This document shows positions 17,724 to 27,056 of a DNA stretch of 64,000 bases, piece after piece. The notes below the pieces were generated by a model that was not told where the DNA came from, did not search any database, and was given only the letters and a program-made list of their open reading frames with translations. The position numbers and the translations under genes were made by a program. Location: positions 28,645 to 92,644 of the forward strand of contig JBGCFM010000086.1 of the NCBI GenBank assembly GCA_045106895.1, read 5' to 3'. This DNA is from Polyangiales bacterium (GTDB lineage Bacteria; Myxococcota_A; Polyangia; Polyangiales; Houyiibacteriaceae). Position 1 is the stretch's first letter, and the number at the start of each line of letters is the position of its first letter.

Positions 17724-18140
17724 TTGAGCGATATCATTTTGGGGCCTGACGTATACGTAAACGCATCTGTGGCGCAGGGATCGCCACCCGAACACGTGGC
17801 ACGCCGGGTGTTGGTTCCGGGAAAGAAGACGAAGTCCAGCAAGTGGATTCTCGATCGCATCGAGGGAATGCTCTCCAATATTGACGCTTTCAAGAAGGAA
17901 GCCGTCGACCAGCAAATGAGCACGATCGCGACCCTCGTGGATGTCGTCGACGAGGAAGAGCGGGCTCCGGATGACTGGCAGGCGGCTCTCGTCGCCGCCG
18001 CAAAGGCCGCGGGGCTGACCCGCGTTGTCACCGACCACCCGGACCTTGCGGACGTGGCGGAAGCCGACGGTGTCGAGTTCCTCTCGACGGACGCGTGGCT
18101 CGTGGAGACAACAACGCCGCCGCCGCCGCCAGGCGCATGA
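17724..18140 (+). CDS. Degenerate PIN-domain-like protein
   Basis: SD gaggag and TTG start. ILGPDVYVNA...LVAAAKAAGLTRVVTDHPDL parallels the PIN_3 pattern VLDTNVLVSA...ADYIVTGDKDL. Poly-Pro tail. Confidence 0.55.
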   Translation: MSDIILGPDVYVNASVAQGSPPEHVARRVLVPGKKTKSSKWILDRIEGMLSNIDAFKKEAVDQQMSTIATLVDVVDEEERAPDDWQAALVAAAKAAGLTRVVTDHPDLADVAEADGVEFLSTDAWLVETTTPPPPPGA

Positions 18141-19447
18141 GCTGCGGCAAGGCGAACCTGGTCGTCGCCATCGCCGCCGGGTTCGTTCTACTTCAAGGGT
18201 GCGCGAGCGGGCCACGCGCTCAAGTAAATACAGCACTCAACGCCCGCGACCTCAGCGCGTCACTCAACGCATACGACCGTTTCTACGAAACGGACGGTGC
18301 GGACCCTGAACTCCTCAGCAGCATCGCCGCGCTTTTGCTTCAAGAGGAGGCGCTCAGCGGCGATGAGGCGAGCGTTCGGGCGTCGGTCTTGCAGCTGAGG
18401 TTGGCGGGGCTTGCCGGGCGGCCGAGCCTCGAGAGGCTCGCGGGCAGCGAGGGCGTCACTCTGGTGCGCGTGTTGGCTCTCGAAGCTCTGATGGACGCCG
18501 GTAACCTGCTTGCGCGAGACCATCTCTTTGGGCTCTTGGACTCCGCGCCGGAGTTCAAGACTCAAGCCCTCCGTGCCGCGGACCCGGAGGTGCACCTGGA
18601 GCTCCTCCTCACTTACTTCTCCGATGAGTCCGCCGACACCCGCCGGGCTGCGGCGCTGCGTTTTGGCGATGGGGAGCAGGAGGCTGCCTTTGAGCCTCTC
18701 GCCATGCTCGCGAGAAACGACAGTGAGCCGAAGGTGCGCAACGCGGCGGTTCGAAGTTTGGGGGCCTATGGAGCTGTCGCAACGACGGTGCTCGTCGAGC
18801 GCCTGAGCGATTCCGACGCAGGCGTGCGCCTCGCCGCCACCCGCGCGCTTGTGCGGGCGGACCCGGAAGCTGCCACACCGGTTTTGCGCTCACTCGTCGA
18901 TGCCCCGCCTAGTCGGGCTTCCGTCGAGGCGGCTCGCGTGGTGCTGATGCGCGGCTGCGAAGAGGACACCCACCTCTGTGTCGCCGCAGAACAGCACCTA
19001 TTCGGCGTCCTCGTTGGCGATGGGCTCACGTTGCGCTCACAAGCGGCGGTGGCGGTGATGAGCGTTCCTAGTCTTCGGCGGGACGAGGTGGTGACGCTAC
19101 TGATGAGTGAGGATGACGCGGGCGTTCGTCTTCAGCTCGCGCGGGCGCTTCGCCGCGAAAACCCTTCCATCGCCGAGGATGCGCTTCTGGCGCTCCTTGG
19201 GGAGACCGGGATGGTGCGCGTTCAGGCTGCGGCGGAGCTGAGCGAAGGCGGAAGCACGGCCGGCGTTGAGATGCTCCTCGAAGTGCTGAACAGCGAAGAC
19301 TCAAGTCTGGTGCGACAGGTCGCCGCGCGGGCCTTGGCGCGACGCGCCGGACGTCCAGAGGAGCTTCGTTCCGCGTTGGAAGACCGGGACGTGCTCGTTC
19401 GTATTCAGGCTGCCGGCGGCATCCTCGCATCGGTGCCTCTCGACTAG
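18137..19447 (+). CDS. HEAT-repeat lipoprotein
   Basis: ATGA overlap with the upstream gene; lipobox LQGC; repeated D.D..VR..AA.AL HEAT units. Confidence 0.85.
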   Translation: MSCGKANLVVAIAAGFVLLQGCASGPRAQVNTALNARDLSASLNAYDRFYETDGADPELLSSIAALLLQEEALSGDEASVRASVLQLRLAGLAGRPSLERLAGSEGVTLVRVLALEALMDAGNLLARDHLFGLLDSAPEFKTQALRAADPEVHLELLLTYFSDESADTRRAAALRFGDGEQEAAFEPLAMLARNDSEPKVRNAAVRSLGAYGAVATTVLVERLSDSDAGVRLAATRALVRADPEAATPVLRSLVDAPPSRASVEAARVVLMRGCEEDTHLCVAAEQHLFGVLVGDGLTLRSQAAVAVMSVPSLRRDEVVTLLMSEDDAGVRLQLARALRRENPSIAEDALLALLGETGMVRVQAAAELSEGGSTAGVEMLLEVLNSEDSSLVRQVAARALARRAGRPEELRSALEDRDVLVRIQAAGGILASVPLD

Positions 19448-19541
19448 CTAGAGCGTGAACCAGTGCACTTTCTCGTCAGGCTTCGCGAGCCCTGCGCTGT
19501 TCGTCGTCCAAATGCCGCTGGCATTCCTTCCTCCGCTCTAG
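19448..19541. mobile_element. MITE-like element with 8-bp terminal inverted repeats
   Basis: ctagagcg...cgctctag immediately after a TAG stop; internal hairpin aatgcc-gct-ggcatt. Confidence 0.5.
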
Positions 19542-19608
19542 AACTTCGGAGATTGAACAGCGCCGCTACCGCGTTCTCCTTCGAGCCCTTCTGACACGGA
19601 CTCGCCCT

Positions 19609-20871
19609 CTACAGAATGTTCGTCATCATTTCGATGGCGATCAACCCTGCGGCGGCGAGGGCCAGGTAGGACACCCAGGTCGCAGATCGGACTCGGCCTC
19701 GAATGAGCGCGTCGAGAGTGCTCACGTGGAGTGTTCCGCCCTTTGGCCACTCTTGTTCAGGGTGGTCGCGGAAGAGCGCGTGCGTCGTCGCCGCGAAGTC
19801 GCCGACAAGCGTCATCGCAGCTCCAGACTCGACGAAGTCGCTGAGGGCGTGCTGAGGAATTGGAAAACGAAGGTTGCCTGCGACGAGCGTGTTCTTGGCA
19901 GCGCTGCGTTCGAGGGTTCCTTCGAGCGCCCGTCGGCCCGGACCCGCGCCTTCCTTGTGCGGGTCAAGGCAACGAATACGGTGGGCGGAGAAGAAACCCA
20001 AGAGCGCGGCCAGAATGACGACCCAAGAGAAGACGAGGAGCAGCAAGCTCCCCGCCTGGTCCATGCCCATGATGGCGGCGAAGGCGCTGAGGGCGAAGGT
20101 GACGAGGGTCAGCACAAGCAAGCCTGGGGGGAAATTCGGGAGGTGACCTTGGTAGCTGTCGAGGTCGTGTCGAACACGCGAGTAGCTGGACACAAGAAGG
20201 GCGCTCGCCACCGGCACGAAGAGAGGAATGGTGGAGAGCGCCATCAGGATGCTGACCTGGATGGTGGCGCTGTAGCTGCCTTCCAGCAGGTACGCCGACG
20301 TTACGACGGGACCAAGGAGGATGGCGCCAGAGCAGATGACGGCCAACACACGGTGCCTGACCGGCACCTCGCTGGCGACTCGAACGGCGAGAGGGACAAG
20401 GTGCCGAAGCGACTTCGGCGCGTCGATGTCGACGAGTAGAACGATGAGATACACAACCGGGGTGAGCACCCACGCGCAGATCGCGTAGGGGATGGGAAGC
20501 GACATCAGGGCGATGGTGAAGCGGTGCGCCGCGGAAAAATGCCCGTAGAGCCCTTCTTCCAGCAGGCCGAACCAGCCTCCGCCCACAAGCACGGCGCTGA
20601 ATGCGAGCCCGAGGATGAGGAGCGGTGCCAAGAACGAGCCGCGCGCCTTTGTATCGAAGGCGGACTCAAGGTGCGATCGAACGATAAAGTGGGTGGATAG
20701 GGGAAAGAGCAAGAGCCCGATGAGGACGATGGAGAGCGGAATGGATATGAGCACCATGAGCGCGGCGACCACGGCGTGGGGCAAACGCCGCCGAAGAATG
20801 CTCAACGCGCCGATGCTCTGGTTGGCGGGTCTATCAACGCTCGGCTGGCCTCGGTCCCTCGTCCCGCTCAT
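19609..20871 (-). CDS. Hypothetical multi-pass membrane protein
   Basis: About 8-9 hydrophobic segments; no recognised family. Confidence 0.7.
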   Translation of the reverse strand: MSGTRDRGQPSVDRPANQSIGALSILRRRLPHAVVAALMVLISIPLSIVLIGLLLFPLSTHFIVRSHLESAFDTKARGSFLAPLLILGLAFSAVLVGGGWFGLLEEGLYGHFSAAHRFTIALMSLPIPYAICAWVLTPVVYLIVLLVDIDAPKSLRHLVPLAVRVASEVPVRHRVLAVICSGAILLGPVVTSAYLLEGSYSATIQVSILMALSTIPLFVPVASALLVSSYSRVRHDLDSYQGHLPNFPPGLLVLTLVTFALSAFAAIMGMDQAGSLLLLVFSWVVILAALLGFFSAHRIRCLDPHKEGAGPGRRALEGTLERSAAKNTLVAGNLRFPIPQHALSDFVESGAAMTLVGDFAATTHALFRDHPEQEWPKGGTLHVSTLDALIRGRVRSATWVSYLALAAAGLIAIEMMTNIL

Positions 20872-20879
20872 GCTCTGGT

Positions 20880-21953
20880 GTGCTTTCTATCCACGGTCTG
20901 ACGTTTCATGAGTTTCGCGCATTTGCTCGAGAGAAGCTCGATCGCGGGCATGGGCGCGCTCGACAAGTCTACACCCAGGTCATGCAGGATGGTTGCTTCG
21001 AGCCTCAACAGCTGGAACTCAGCGATTATTCCGTCAAGGCATGGCGCGCGAGCTTTCAGTTCGACCTCCTGAGCGTCGCAAACGTCGTCGAAGAAGAGGG
21101 TGAACTCGGGACGACGGCGAAGGCGGTACTGCGGACCCACGATGGTCTTGAACTTGAGTGCGTTTGGATTCCCATGGGCCGTGGACGGCATACGCTCTGC
21201 GTGTCGAGCCAAGTCGGATGCAAGATGGGATGCACGTTCTGCGAGACCGGCCGCATGGGGTTGATTCGTCACTTGAGCGCTGCGGAGATCGTGAGCCAGG
21301 TCCTCGTCGCGCGTCACACGCTCGGCTGGGATGTCCGCAACGTGGTGTTCATGGGGATGGGTGAGGCCCTCGACAACGCGGACTCTCTCGTCCAAGCGAT
21401 TCGCGTGCTCAACGATTCGTCAGGGCTCGCCATTGCCCAAGAACGTTTGACGGTGTGCACCGTGGGACGGGTGGATGGCATCGCCCGGCTTCAGAAGGAA
21501 GGGTTCAAGCGGGTGAACCTGAGCGTGAGCCTGAACGCCGCGGACGACGCGCTGCGCGACCGGATCATGCCCGTGAATCGAAAGACCCCACTTAGCGTTC
21601 TGCAGGCGGCGTTGGCGGAATACCGGCCGCGTCCAAACTTTACCCTTGGTGTGAACTACTGCCTGATGCCGGGCCTCAACGACACACGCGAAGATGCAGC
21701 GGCGGTGGCGGCTTTCTGCGAGCCCATCGCGCGCAAGCTCGTGAACGTCATCCCCTACAATCCAGGAAATCAGCCGCTCACGAGGGCGCCCACGCAGGAT
21801 GAAGTTGTGCGCTTTGTCGGCTGGCTGAAAGAAGACGGGCTGGCGGTTCGGATGCGGATCACAAAAGGGCGTTCCGTGATGGCCGCGTGTGGGCAGTTGG
21901 GGAACGTCGAACTCCGCGAGGAACGACGGCGACTGCGCCTTCTGGACCGGTAG
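20880..21953 (+). CDS. rlmN: RlmN-family radical SAM RNA methyltransferase
   Basis: CVSSQVGCKMGCTFC, VFMGMGE, SLNA, VNVIPYN, AACGQL. Confidence 0.9.
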   Translation: MLSIHGLTFHEFRAFAREKLDRGHGRARQVYTQVMQDGCFEPQQLELSDYSVKAWRASFQFDLLSVANVVEEEGELGTTAKAVLRTHDGLELECVWIPMGRGRHTLCVSSQVGCKMGCTFCETGRMGLIRHLSAAEIVSQVLVARHTLGWDVRNVVFMGMGEALDNADSLVQAIRVLNDSSGLAIAQERLTVCTVGRVDGIARLQKEGFKRVNLSVSLNAADDALRDRIMPVNRKTPLSVLQAALAEYRPRPNFTLGVNYCLMPGLNDTREDAAAVAAFCEPIARKLVNVIPYNPGNQPLTRAPTQDEVVRFVGWLKEDGLAVRMRITKGRSVMAACGQLGNVELREERRRLRLLDR

Positions 21954-22009
21954 GTCCCGCGAAAGCACTTCTTGCTCAAGTTTGAGTTTCTTCCGCCGTT
22001 CCCCCCTAT

Positions 22010-22573
22010 GTGATGCGGGAAAAACACCGAGGCGGGATCATCACCATTGTCGCGTCCGGCGAACATCGTTCGTCGCTGAGCGCGTTTATAGCGTCGCTGC
22101 CAGATTGGCTCCCCGTGCCGCTCGTCCTTTGCTTGATGAACACTGACGGCGAAGACAGCACACTGCTCGAGCGCTTGCGCAACGGATGTCCGCTCCCTAT
22201 TCACGAGGTCACGACTCCGACGCTACTGAAGCCTGGCCACATGTACACGAACATGTCCGGCGATGCGCTTTGTCTCCGAGACGGGCACGTACGCCCCCCT
22301 CAGGTTCGCTCGATGGCTCGTAGTGCGTTGCTCTCCAGTGCCGTCGCTGAACATGGAGGTCACACCGTGGCCATCTTGCTGGATGGAACTCTTGAGTTGG
22401 CGGCCGCGGAGGCTCGAAAAGTGGTGTGGGCCGGCGGAGCTGTCTTTGCGCATCAGACCGAAGAGAAGCCCAACGCGATTATTCGCAACGGCATCGCGCG
22501 CGCGTACAAGTCGCCGGAGAACCTGGCCGAGGCGCTGGGAGTGGTGTGCATGGACCTTCAGCGCGCCGTTTAA
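22010..22573 (+). CDS. CheB methylesterase-like domain protein, apparently catalytically degenerate
   Basis: CheB-like pattern (FIASLP...PLVL, LKPGHMY, SAVAEHGGHTVAILL, GGAVFAH, PNAIIRNG) without the QHM and GxDG motifs. Confidence 0.65.
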   Translation: MMREKHRGGIITIVASGEHRSSLSAFIASLPDWLPVPLVLCLMNTDGEDSTLLERLRNGCPLPIHEVTTPTLLKPGHMYTNMSGDALCLRDGHVRPPQVRSMARSALLSSAVAEHGGHTVAILLDGTLELAAAEARKVVWAGGAVFAHQTEEKPNAIIRNGIARAYKSPENLAEALGVVCMDLQRAV

Positions 22574-22594
22574 TAGCGCGCCGGATCGTTCGCA

Positions 22595-23398
22595 TTACTC
22601 GACGCGCTGAATGACGTGGAAACCAAAAGGCGTCTCGACGACCTCGCCGGTGGCTCCGACTTCGAGGGCGAAGACCGCGCGCTCAAAGGCCGGCACCATC
22701 TGGCCGCGTCCAAATGTTCCGAGGTCGCCGTTTGGTGGCGACCCAGGTTCGTCGGTGTTCTCGGAATGAAGAGTGGTCCAGTCGCCACCCGCCAAGGCTT
22801 GCGTCCGGACCTGTGTGGCAAGTGCCAAGGCTTCTTCACGTGAGCGAGTCACAGTGTCGGCGACGCGCCTGGCTCCTGCGTAGGCGATGAGGATATGACG
22901 TGCTGCCACGGTGGTCGGGCCGCTCGCGGGGTCGGCGCGTCGGTTCATGATGATGAAGCCACCTGCGGTGCGGATCGGTCGGCTTACCTCGCCGCGGCTC
23001 AAGGCAGCGGCGGTGTTGAAGATCTCAGGTTCGGCGCTCCCGCGCTGAAGTCGGTCGATGCTTGGTGGGACATCGCCATATTCGCGGGCGACCTCGCCGA
23101 AGTTGCTGCCGGGTGCTCGCAGAAGAGAGCTGACGGTCTGAGCCCGACCTGATGCGTCCTCTTCGCTTCGCGTAATTCGTGACGAGACACCTTCGGCGCC
23201 CGCCCAAGCGATTCGAATCGTCCTGACCTCGATGAGGTCCGGCGCTGCGGCCGGGTCTGCGCCAAGCTGCGGCGCGATGGCGTCCGCCGCGTCGCGGTGT
23301 TCTTGGTTGCCGCGCGTCGCGAAGTTGGTGGGGCCCAAGGACGAGCACGCGACGACGAGCGTCAGCGCGAGAAAAGCAAAGGGACGAAAGCCGAACAT
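22595..23398 (-). CDS. PpiC/parvulin-type peptidyl-prolyl isomerase lipoprotein
   Basis: Lipobox VVAC; ARHILIAY, GDLGTFGRGQMVPAFE, VETPFGFHVI; a degenerate second rotamase domain at the N-terminal side. Confidence 0.92.
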   Translation of the reverse strand: MFGFRPFAFLALTLVVACSSLGPTNFATRGNQEHRDAADAIAPQLGADPAAAPDLIEVRTIRIAWAGAEGVSSRITRSEEDASGRAQTVSSLLRAPGSNFGEVAREYGDVPPSIDRLQRGSAEPEIFNTAAALSRGEVSRPIRTAGGFIIMNRRADPASGPTTVAARHILIAYAGARRVADTVTRSREEALALATQVRTQALAGGDWTTLHSENTDEPGSPPNGDLGTFGRGQMVPAFERAVFALEVGATGEVVETPFGFHVIQRVE

Positions 23399-23461
23399 GC
23401 GGAGCGTCTAGCAGGGTTCGTGGCGGAGGGCACGGCGCCGGCAGTCCTGAGCGAGGAGGTC

Positions 23462-24112
23462 TTAGGATTCGCGCAAAAGTCGCGCGATGCGGTTTTGGTC
23501 GAAGCCCGTGACGATCGTGCCGCGGACGTCGATGACCGGGATTCCACCGGGTTGAATGCCGGCGGCTCGCGCCTTGGCCTGCATCTCCGCTCGGGCCCCA
23601 GGCTCGGCTTCGATGTCGCGTTCGATGAAAGGCACGTTTTGCGCGCGAAGATACGCCGCGGCGGACTGACATGCGTGGCACCAAGAGGCGCCGTACACGA
23701 CCACATCGCTTCCGGCGGCGGCGCTGCCATCATCTTCTTCGCCAGCCTCGGCGAACTCGACGCCGGCTTCTTCGTCGAGGAGCGCGTCAAACGCGTCTCG
23801 GCCCATCGACTCGACGGGGTACGCGCCGTTTGCGTTCATGTCGTTGAGGTTCGCGAGCCATACGTTGGCGGGGTCTCGATCTTCCGGTGCCAGATCGAGT
23901 CGGTCGACGCGGACGCGGGAGCGATACTCCGAAGGAATCTCTTCTCGCGATTCGGCGATGTGAGCGCCGTCGTCGTCAAACCAGGTCAGCAGGAACCCGT
24001 CCGCGTCGCCACGAACGACGGGCGCGGCCTCCGTCGAAGCAGCGTTGGTCTCGTCCGAGCTCGAGCCGCAGCCCGCCAGACAGAACACAAGCACAACAAA
24101 TAGCGACCTCAT
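23462..24112 (-). CDS. Glutaredoxin-domain lipoprotein
   Basis: Lipobox LAGC; YGASWCHAC, GIPVIDV, GFD. Confidence 0.85.
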   Translation of the reverse strand: MRSLFVVLVFCLAGCGSSSDETNAASTEAAPVVRGDADGFLLTWFDDDGAHIAESREEIPSEYRSRVRVDRLDLAPEDRDPANVWLANLNDMNANGAYPVESMGRDAFDALLDEEAGVEFAEAGEEDDGSAAAGSDVVVYGASWCHACQSAAAYLRAQNVPFIERDIEAEPGARAEMQAKARAAGIQPGGIPVIDVRGTIVTGFDQNRIARLLRES

Positions 24113-24158
24113 CGGCGGTACGGTAGCAGGCGATTCAGGAGAGGGACAGGGAGGGCGT

Positions 24159-24590
24159 TCAATGTCCGCTCTCGCGGGCCGGTTCATAGCGGGTTCGCAG
24201 CTGCGCCAGGAGCTCTTCGCAAGCCTCGCGTCGGTCACGGACTTCGAGCACGGCGGATTCGGAACGGGCGAGGGCATCGGCGGCGCGCTCTCCTGCTCGT
24301 GGTACGCCGGCTTCCAGCTCGTCCACGGCGGCACGCGCTTCAGCGCTCGCTTCATCCGCGCGCAAGAGCGCCTCGTGCATGGGGACGCACGCTTCATGAA
24401 CCGCCTGGACTCGTGGAGACGTGATGGGCAGGCGCATGAGGGCGTTGACCCGTTGTCTTCGTGCGTCGAGATCGGGCTCCCCGAGCCCTTCGATGCGGTC
24501 GATGAGGAGGCGCGCTTCGTTGGCCTCGTCGTCTCCGCAGCCGGATGCAGCCATGGCGCAGCAGAGCAGGAGCGCAGGCAGGGCCTTCAT
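24159..24590 (-). CDS. Hypothetical helical lipoprotein
   Basis: Lipobox ASGC; 4-bp overlap with the der stop. Confidence 0.75.
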   Translation of the reverse strand: MKALPALLLCCAMAASGCGDDEANEARLLIDRIEGLGEPDLDARRQRVNALMRLPITSPRVQAVHEACVPMHEALLRADEASAEARAAVDELEAGVPRAGERAADALARSESAVLEVRDRREACEELLAQLRTRYEPARESGH

Positions 24591-26008
24591 GTGGGCCGCG
24601 TCCGTGTGCTGTTGCGGTCCTTGTCTCGGTAGCGAACCCGGATGGGCGTTCCTTCGAAACCAAAACGCTCGCGAATCTGATTGATGACGTAGCGCTGGTA
24701 GCTGAAGTGGACGTATTTGGGGTGATTCGTCACCACGACGAAGGTCGGGGGCCGCGTCTGGGCCTGCGTCACGTAGTAGAGGCGCACGGCGCGGTTCTTC
24801 TGCGTTGGCGGCGGGTGTTTCTCGAGGACCTCTTCGAAGAACTCGTTGATTTCGGACGTCTTGACGCGAAGCCGGTGGGACTGCACCGAGGTGTGAACCG
24901 CGTTGAGGAGTCGGCCGACGCCCCGGCCGGTCTTAGCGCTGAGGGTGACGATGGGCGCCCACGGCGCATAGGCGAGAATCTCGCGCGTGCGCTGTTTGGC
25001 GGCCTTGATCTGCTCTTGGTTGAGCGTGTCGCATTTGTTGAGGCCGATGACGAGTCCGCAACCACGGTCCACAGCGAGACCTGCGACCTTTGCGTCCTGC
25101 TCGCCCACGCCTGCTTCCGCGTCGATCATCAGCACCACGCAGTGGGAGCGCTCCATGGCGCGGATGGCGTTGTAAACGCTCAGAACTTCGACGCCGTACT
25201 TTTTAACCTTCGCTTTGCGGCGGATGCCCGCGGTGTCGATGAGCACAAAGCGGTGTTTGCCGCGCTCGAAGAGCGTGTCGATGCTGTCCACGGTGGTACC
25301 GGGGCGCGCATCGACGATCTGTCGTTGTTCGCCCATCAGTTGATTCACGAGGGACGATTTCCCGGCGTTGGGTCGACCGATGATGGACACACGCGCCACG
25401 TCGAGGTCGAACTCTTCGGGCTCTTCAGGCAGAGGCGGGAACGCTTTGTGGATCGCTTCTTCGAGGTCGCCAATGCCGCGTCCGTGGAGCGACGAGACCG
25501 GGAAGATGTGGTCGAGGCCGAGCTCGTAGAGCGAGACGCTGCCGAGGGCACGCGCTTGAGTGTCGGCTTTGTTCGCCACGTAGAGTACGGGCTTGTCCGT
25601 TGCGCGAAGAAGCTTGACGGCCTCGCGGTCCGCGGGAAGTGGGTCGCTCATCGCGTCAAAGACGCAAACCACCACGTCACACTCCGCCAACGCCAGTTTG
25701 ACCTGAGTGGCGATGTTCTCCTTCATCGGATCATCGCTGTCCGGATCGAAGCCGCCTGTGTCGATAAGCACGTAGTCACGGCCCAGCGTCCATGCGTCCG
25801 CGTAGTGACGGTCACGTGTCACGCCCTCGATGTCTTCGACGATGGCGATGCGCTTGCGGGCAAGCTTGTTGAAGAGGGTGCTCTTGCCGACGTTTGGGCG
25901 GCCGACGATGGCGACCATCGGCCGTTCGGCACCGGCATTCGCAGGGAGAGGTTCCCGACGGTGTCGGCGTGGCTTCTTGGAGCCAGATTTTGGAGGTGTA
26001 TCAGTCAT
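24587..26008 (-). CDS. der: Ribosome biogenesis GTPase Der/EngA
   Basis: Two GTPase domains (GRPNVGKS, GRPNAGKS) and a KH-like C-terminus (FGFEGTPI). Confidence 0.97.
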   Translation of the reverse strand: MTDTPPKSGSKKPRRHRREPLPANAGAERPMVAIVGRPNVGKSTLFNKLARKRIAIVEDIEGVTRDRHYADAWTLGRDYVLIDTGGFDPDSDDPMKENIATQVKLALAECDVVVCVFDAMSDPLPADREAVKLLRATDKPVLYVANKADTQARALGSVSLYELGLDHIFPVSSLHGRGIGDLEEAIHKAFPPLPEEPEEFDLDVARVSIIGRPNAGKSSLVNQLMGEQRQIVDARPGTTVDSIDTLFERGKHRFVLIDTAGIRRKAKVKKYGVEVLSVYNAIRAMERSHCVVLMIDAEAGVGEQDAKVAGLAVDRGCGLVIGLNKCDTLNQEQIKAAKQRTREILAYAPWAPIVTLSAKTGRGVGRLLNAVHTSVQSHRLRVKTSEINEFFEEVLEKHPPPTQKNRAVRLYYVTQAQTRPPTFVVVTNHPKYVHFSYQRYVINQIRERFGFEGTPIRVRYRDKDRNSTRTRPT

Positions 26009-26017
26009 GGCGGGGGC

Positions 26018-26977
26018 TCAGCCTTCGCTAGTCGCGAGGGACTTGGCCTTGCTTGGGTTGTTCGTCCAGCCGACATCGACTTTGACGAAGAGGTCGAGGT
26101 GAACGCGTCGGTCGAGGAAACGCGAAAGCGACTCGCGCGATTCGATGCCGATCTCTTTGATTTGCTTCCCCGCCGCGCCGATGACGATTCCTTTGTGGGA
26201 AGCCTTCTCGACGACGATGGAAGCGGAGATACGAATGTCGGTGCCGTCTTCTTGGTAGGCGTCGATAACGACGGCACATCCATATGGGACCTCGTCGCGT
26301 GTTCGCCGAATCACGGCCTCGCGGATGAACTCGGATGCAAAGAAGCGGGCAGGGCGGTCCGTGAGAAAGTCCTCGTCCTCGTAGAGCAGACCTTCGGGGA
26401 GGTGCTGGCGGATCTCACGGAGAAGGCCCTCAAAGTTCTTATCTTTGGTCGCGCTGATCGGAACGATGGCGGAGAAGTCGTGGACTCCTTGGCAGTGATG
26501 GATGAAGGGCAGCAGCTGCGTCTTGTCCGCCAGGCGGTCGATCTTGTTGATCACAAGGATGATGGGCGTCTTGGTCTCGCCGAGCATTCGTAGCGCGGCG
26601 ATATCCGGGGCGGGCATCTGGGGTGGCGGCCCGGAGCGTTTGTTCTTCTTGTCGCCCTTGCGCGCCTTGTCCGCGGGAGCCTCCGTTAAGAAGAGCACCA
26701 CGTCGGCGTCGACAATGCCTTGCTGCGCCTGTTCGACGAGCACTTTGTGGAGCGCCGAGCGAGGGCGTGCGAGGCCGGGGGTGTCGACGAAGGCGATCTG
26801 CGTGTTTTCGCTCGCGTACACGGCCAGGACCGCGCTGCGCGTGGTGCCAGGCCGAGGCGTCGCGATGACAAGCTTCTGTCCCAGCATCCGGTTGAGAAGA
26901 GTGGACTTCCCCACGTTCGGTCGGCCCGCGATGGCACAACGTCCGCCGCGCACTTCTTCGGATTCAGGGGTCTCCAT
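26018..26977 (-). CDS. era: GTPase Era
   Basis: GRPNVGKS, DTPG, NKID, EVPY, KH domain GIVIG; short basic insertion. Confidence 0.96.
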   Translation of the reverse strand: METPESEEVRGGRCAIAGRPNVGKSTLLNRMLGQKLVIATPRPGTTRSAVLAVYASENTQIAFVDTPGLARPRSALHKVLVEQAQQGIVDADVVLFLTEAPADKARKGDKKNKRSGPPPQMPAPDIAALRMLGETKTPIILVINKIDRLADKTQLLPFIHHCQGVHDFSAIVPISATKDKNFEGLLREIRQHLPEGLLYEDEDFLTDRPARFFASEFIREAVIRRTRDEVPYGCAVVIDAYQEDGTDIRISASIVVEKASHKGIVIGAAGKQIKEIGIESRESLSRFLDRRVHLDLFVKVDVGWTNNPSKAKSLATSEG

Positions 26978-27056
26978 GGCGCGGAGCATAGTGTTCTGTC
27001 GCCATTACGCCATGTGGCACCTTGACGCGTCGGGCAGGGGCCGCGATGGTTCCGTC

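Noticed and set aside
19448..19750. Minus-strand frame ...QSPKF*SGGRNASGIWTTNSAGLAKPDEKVHWFTL* as read-through or a pseudogene
   Set aside because: No recognisable homology, it overlaps a real gene, and it is better explained by the inverted-repeat element.
20880..21953. Cfr antibiotic-resistance methyltransferase
   Set aside because: Motifs and housekeeping context fit RlmN; there is no mobile context, and a phylogeny would be needed to claim otherwise.
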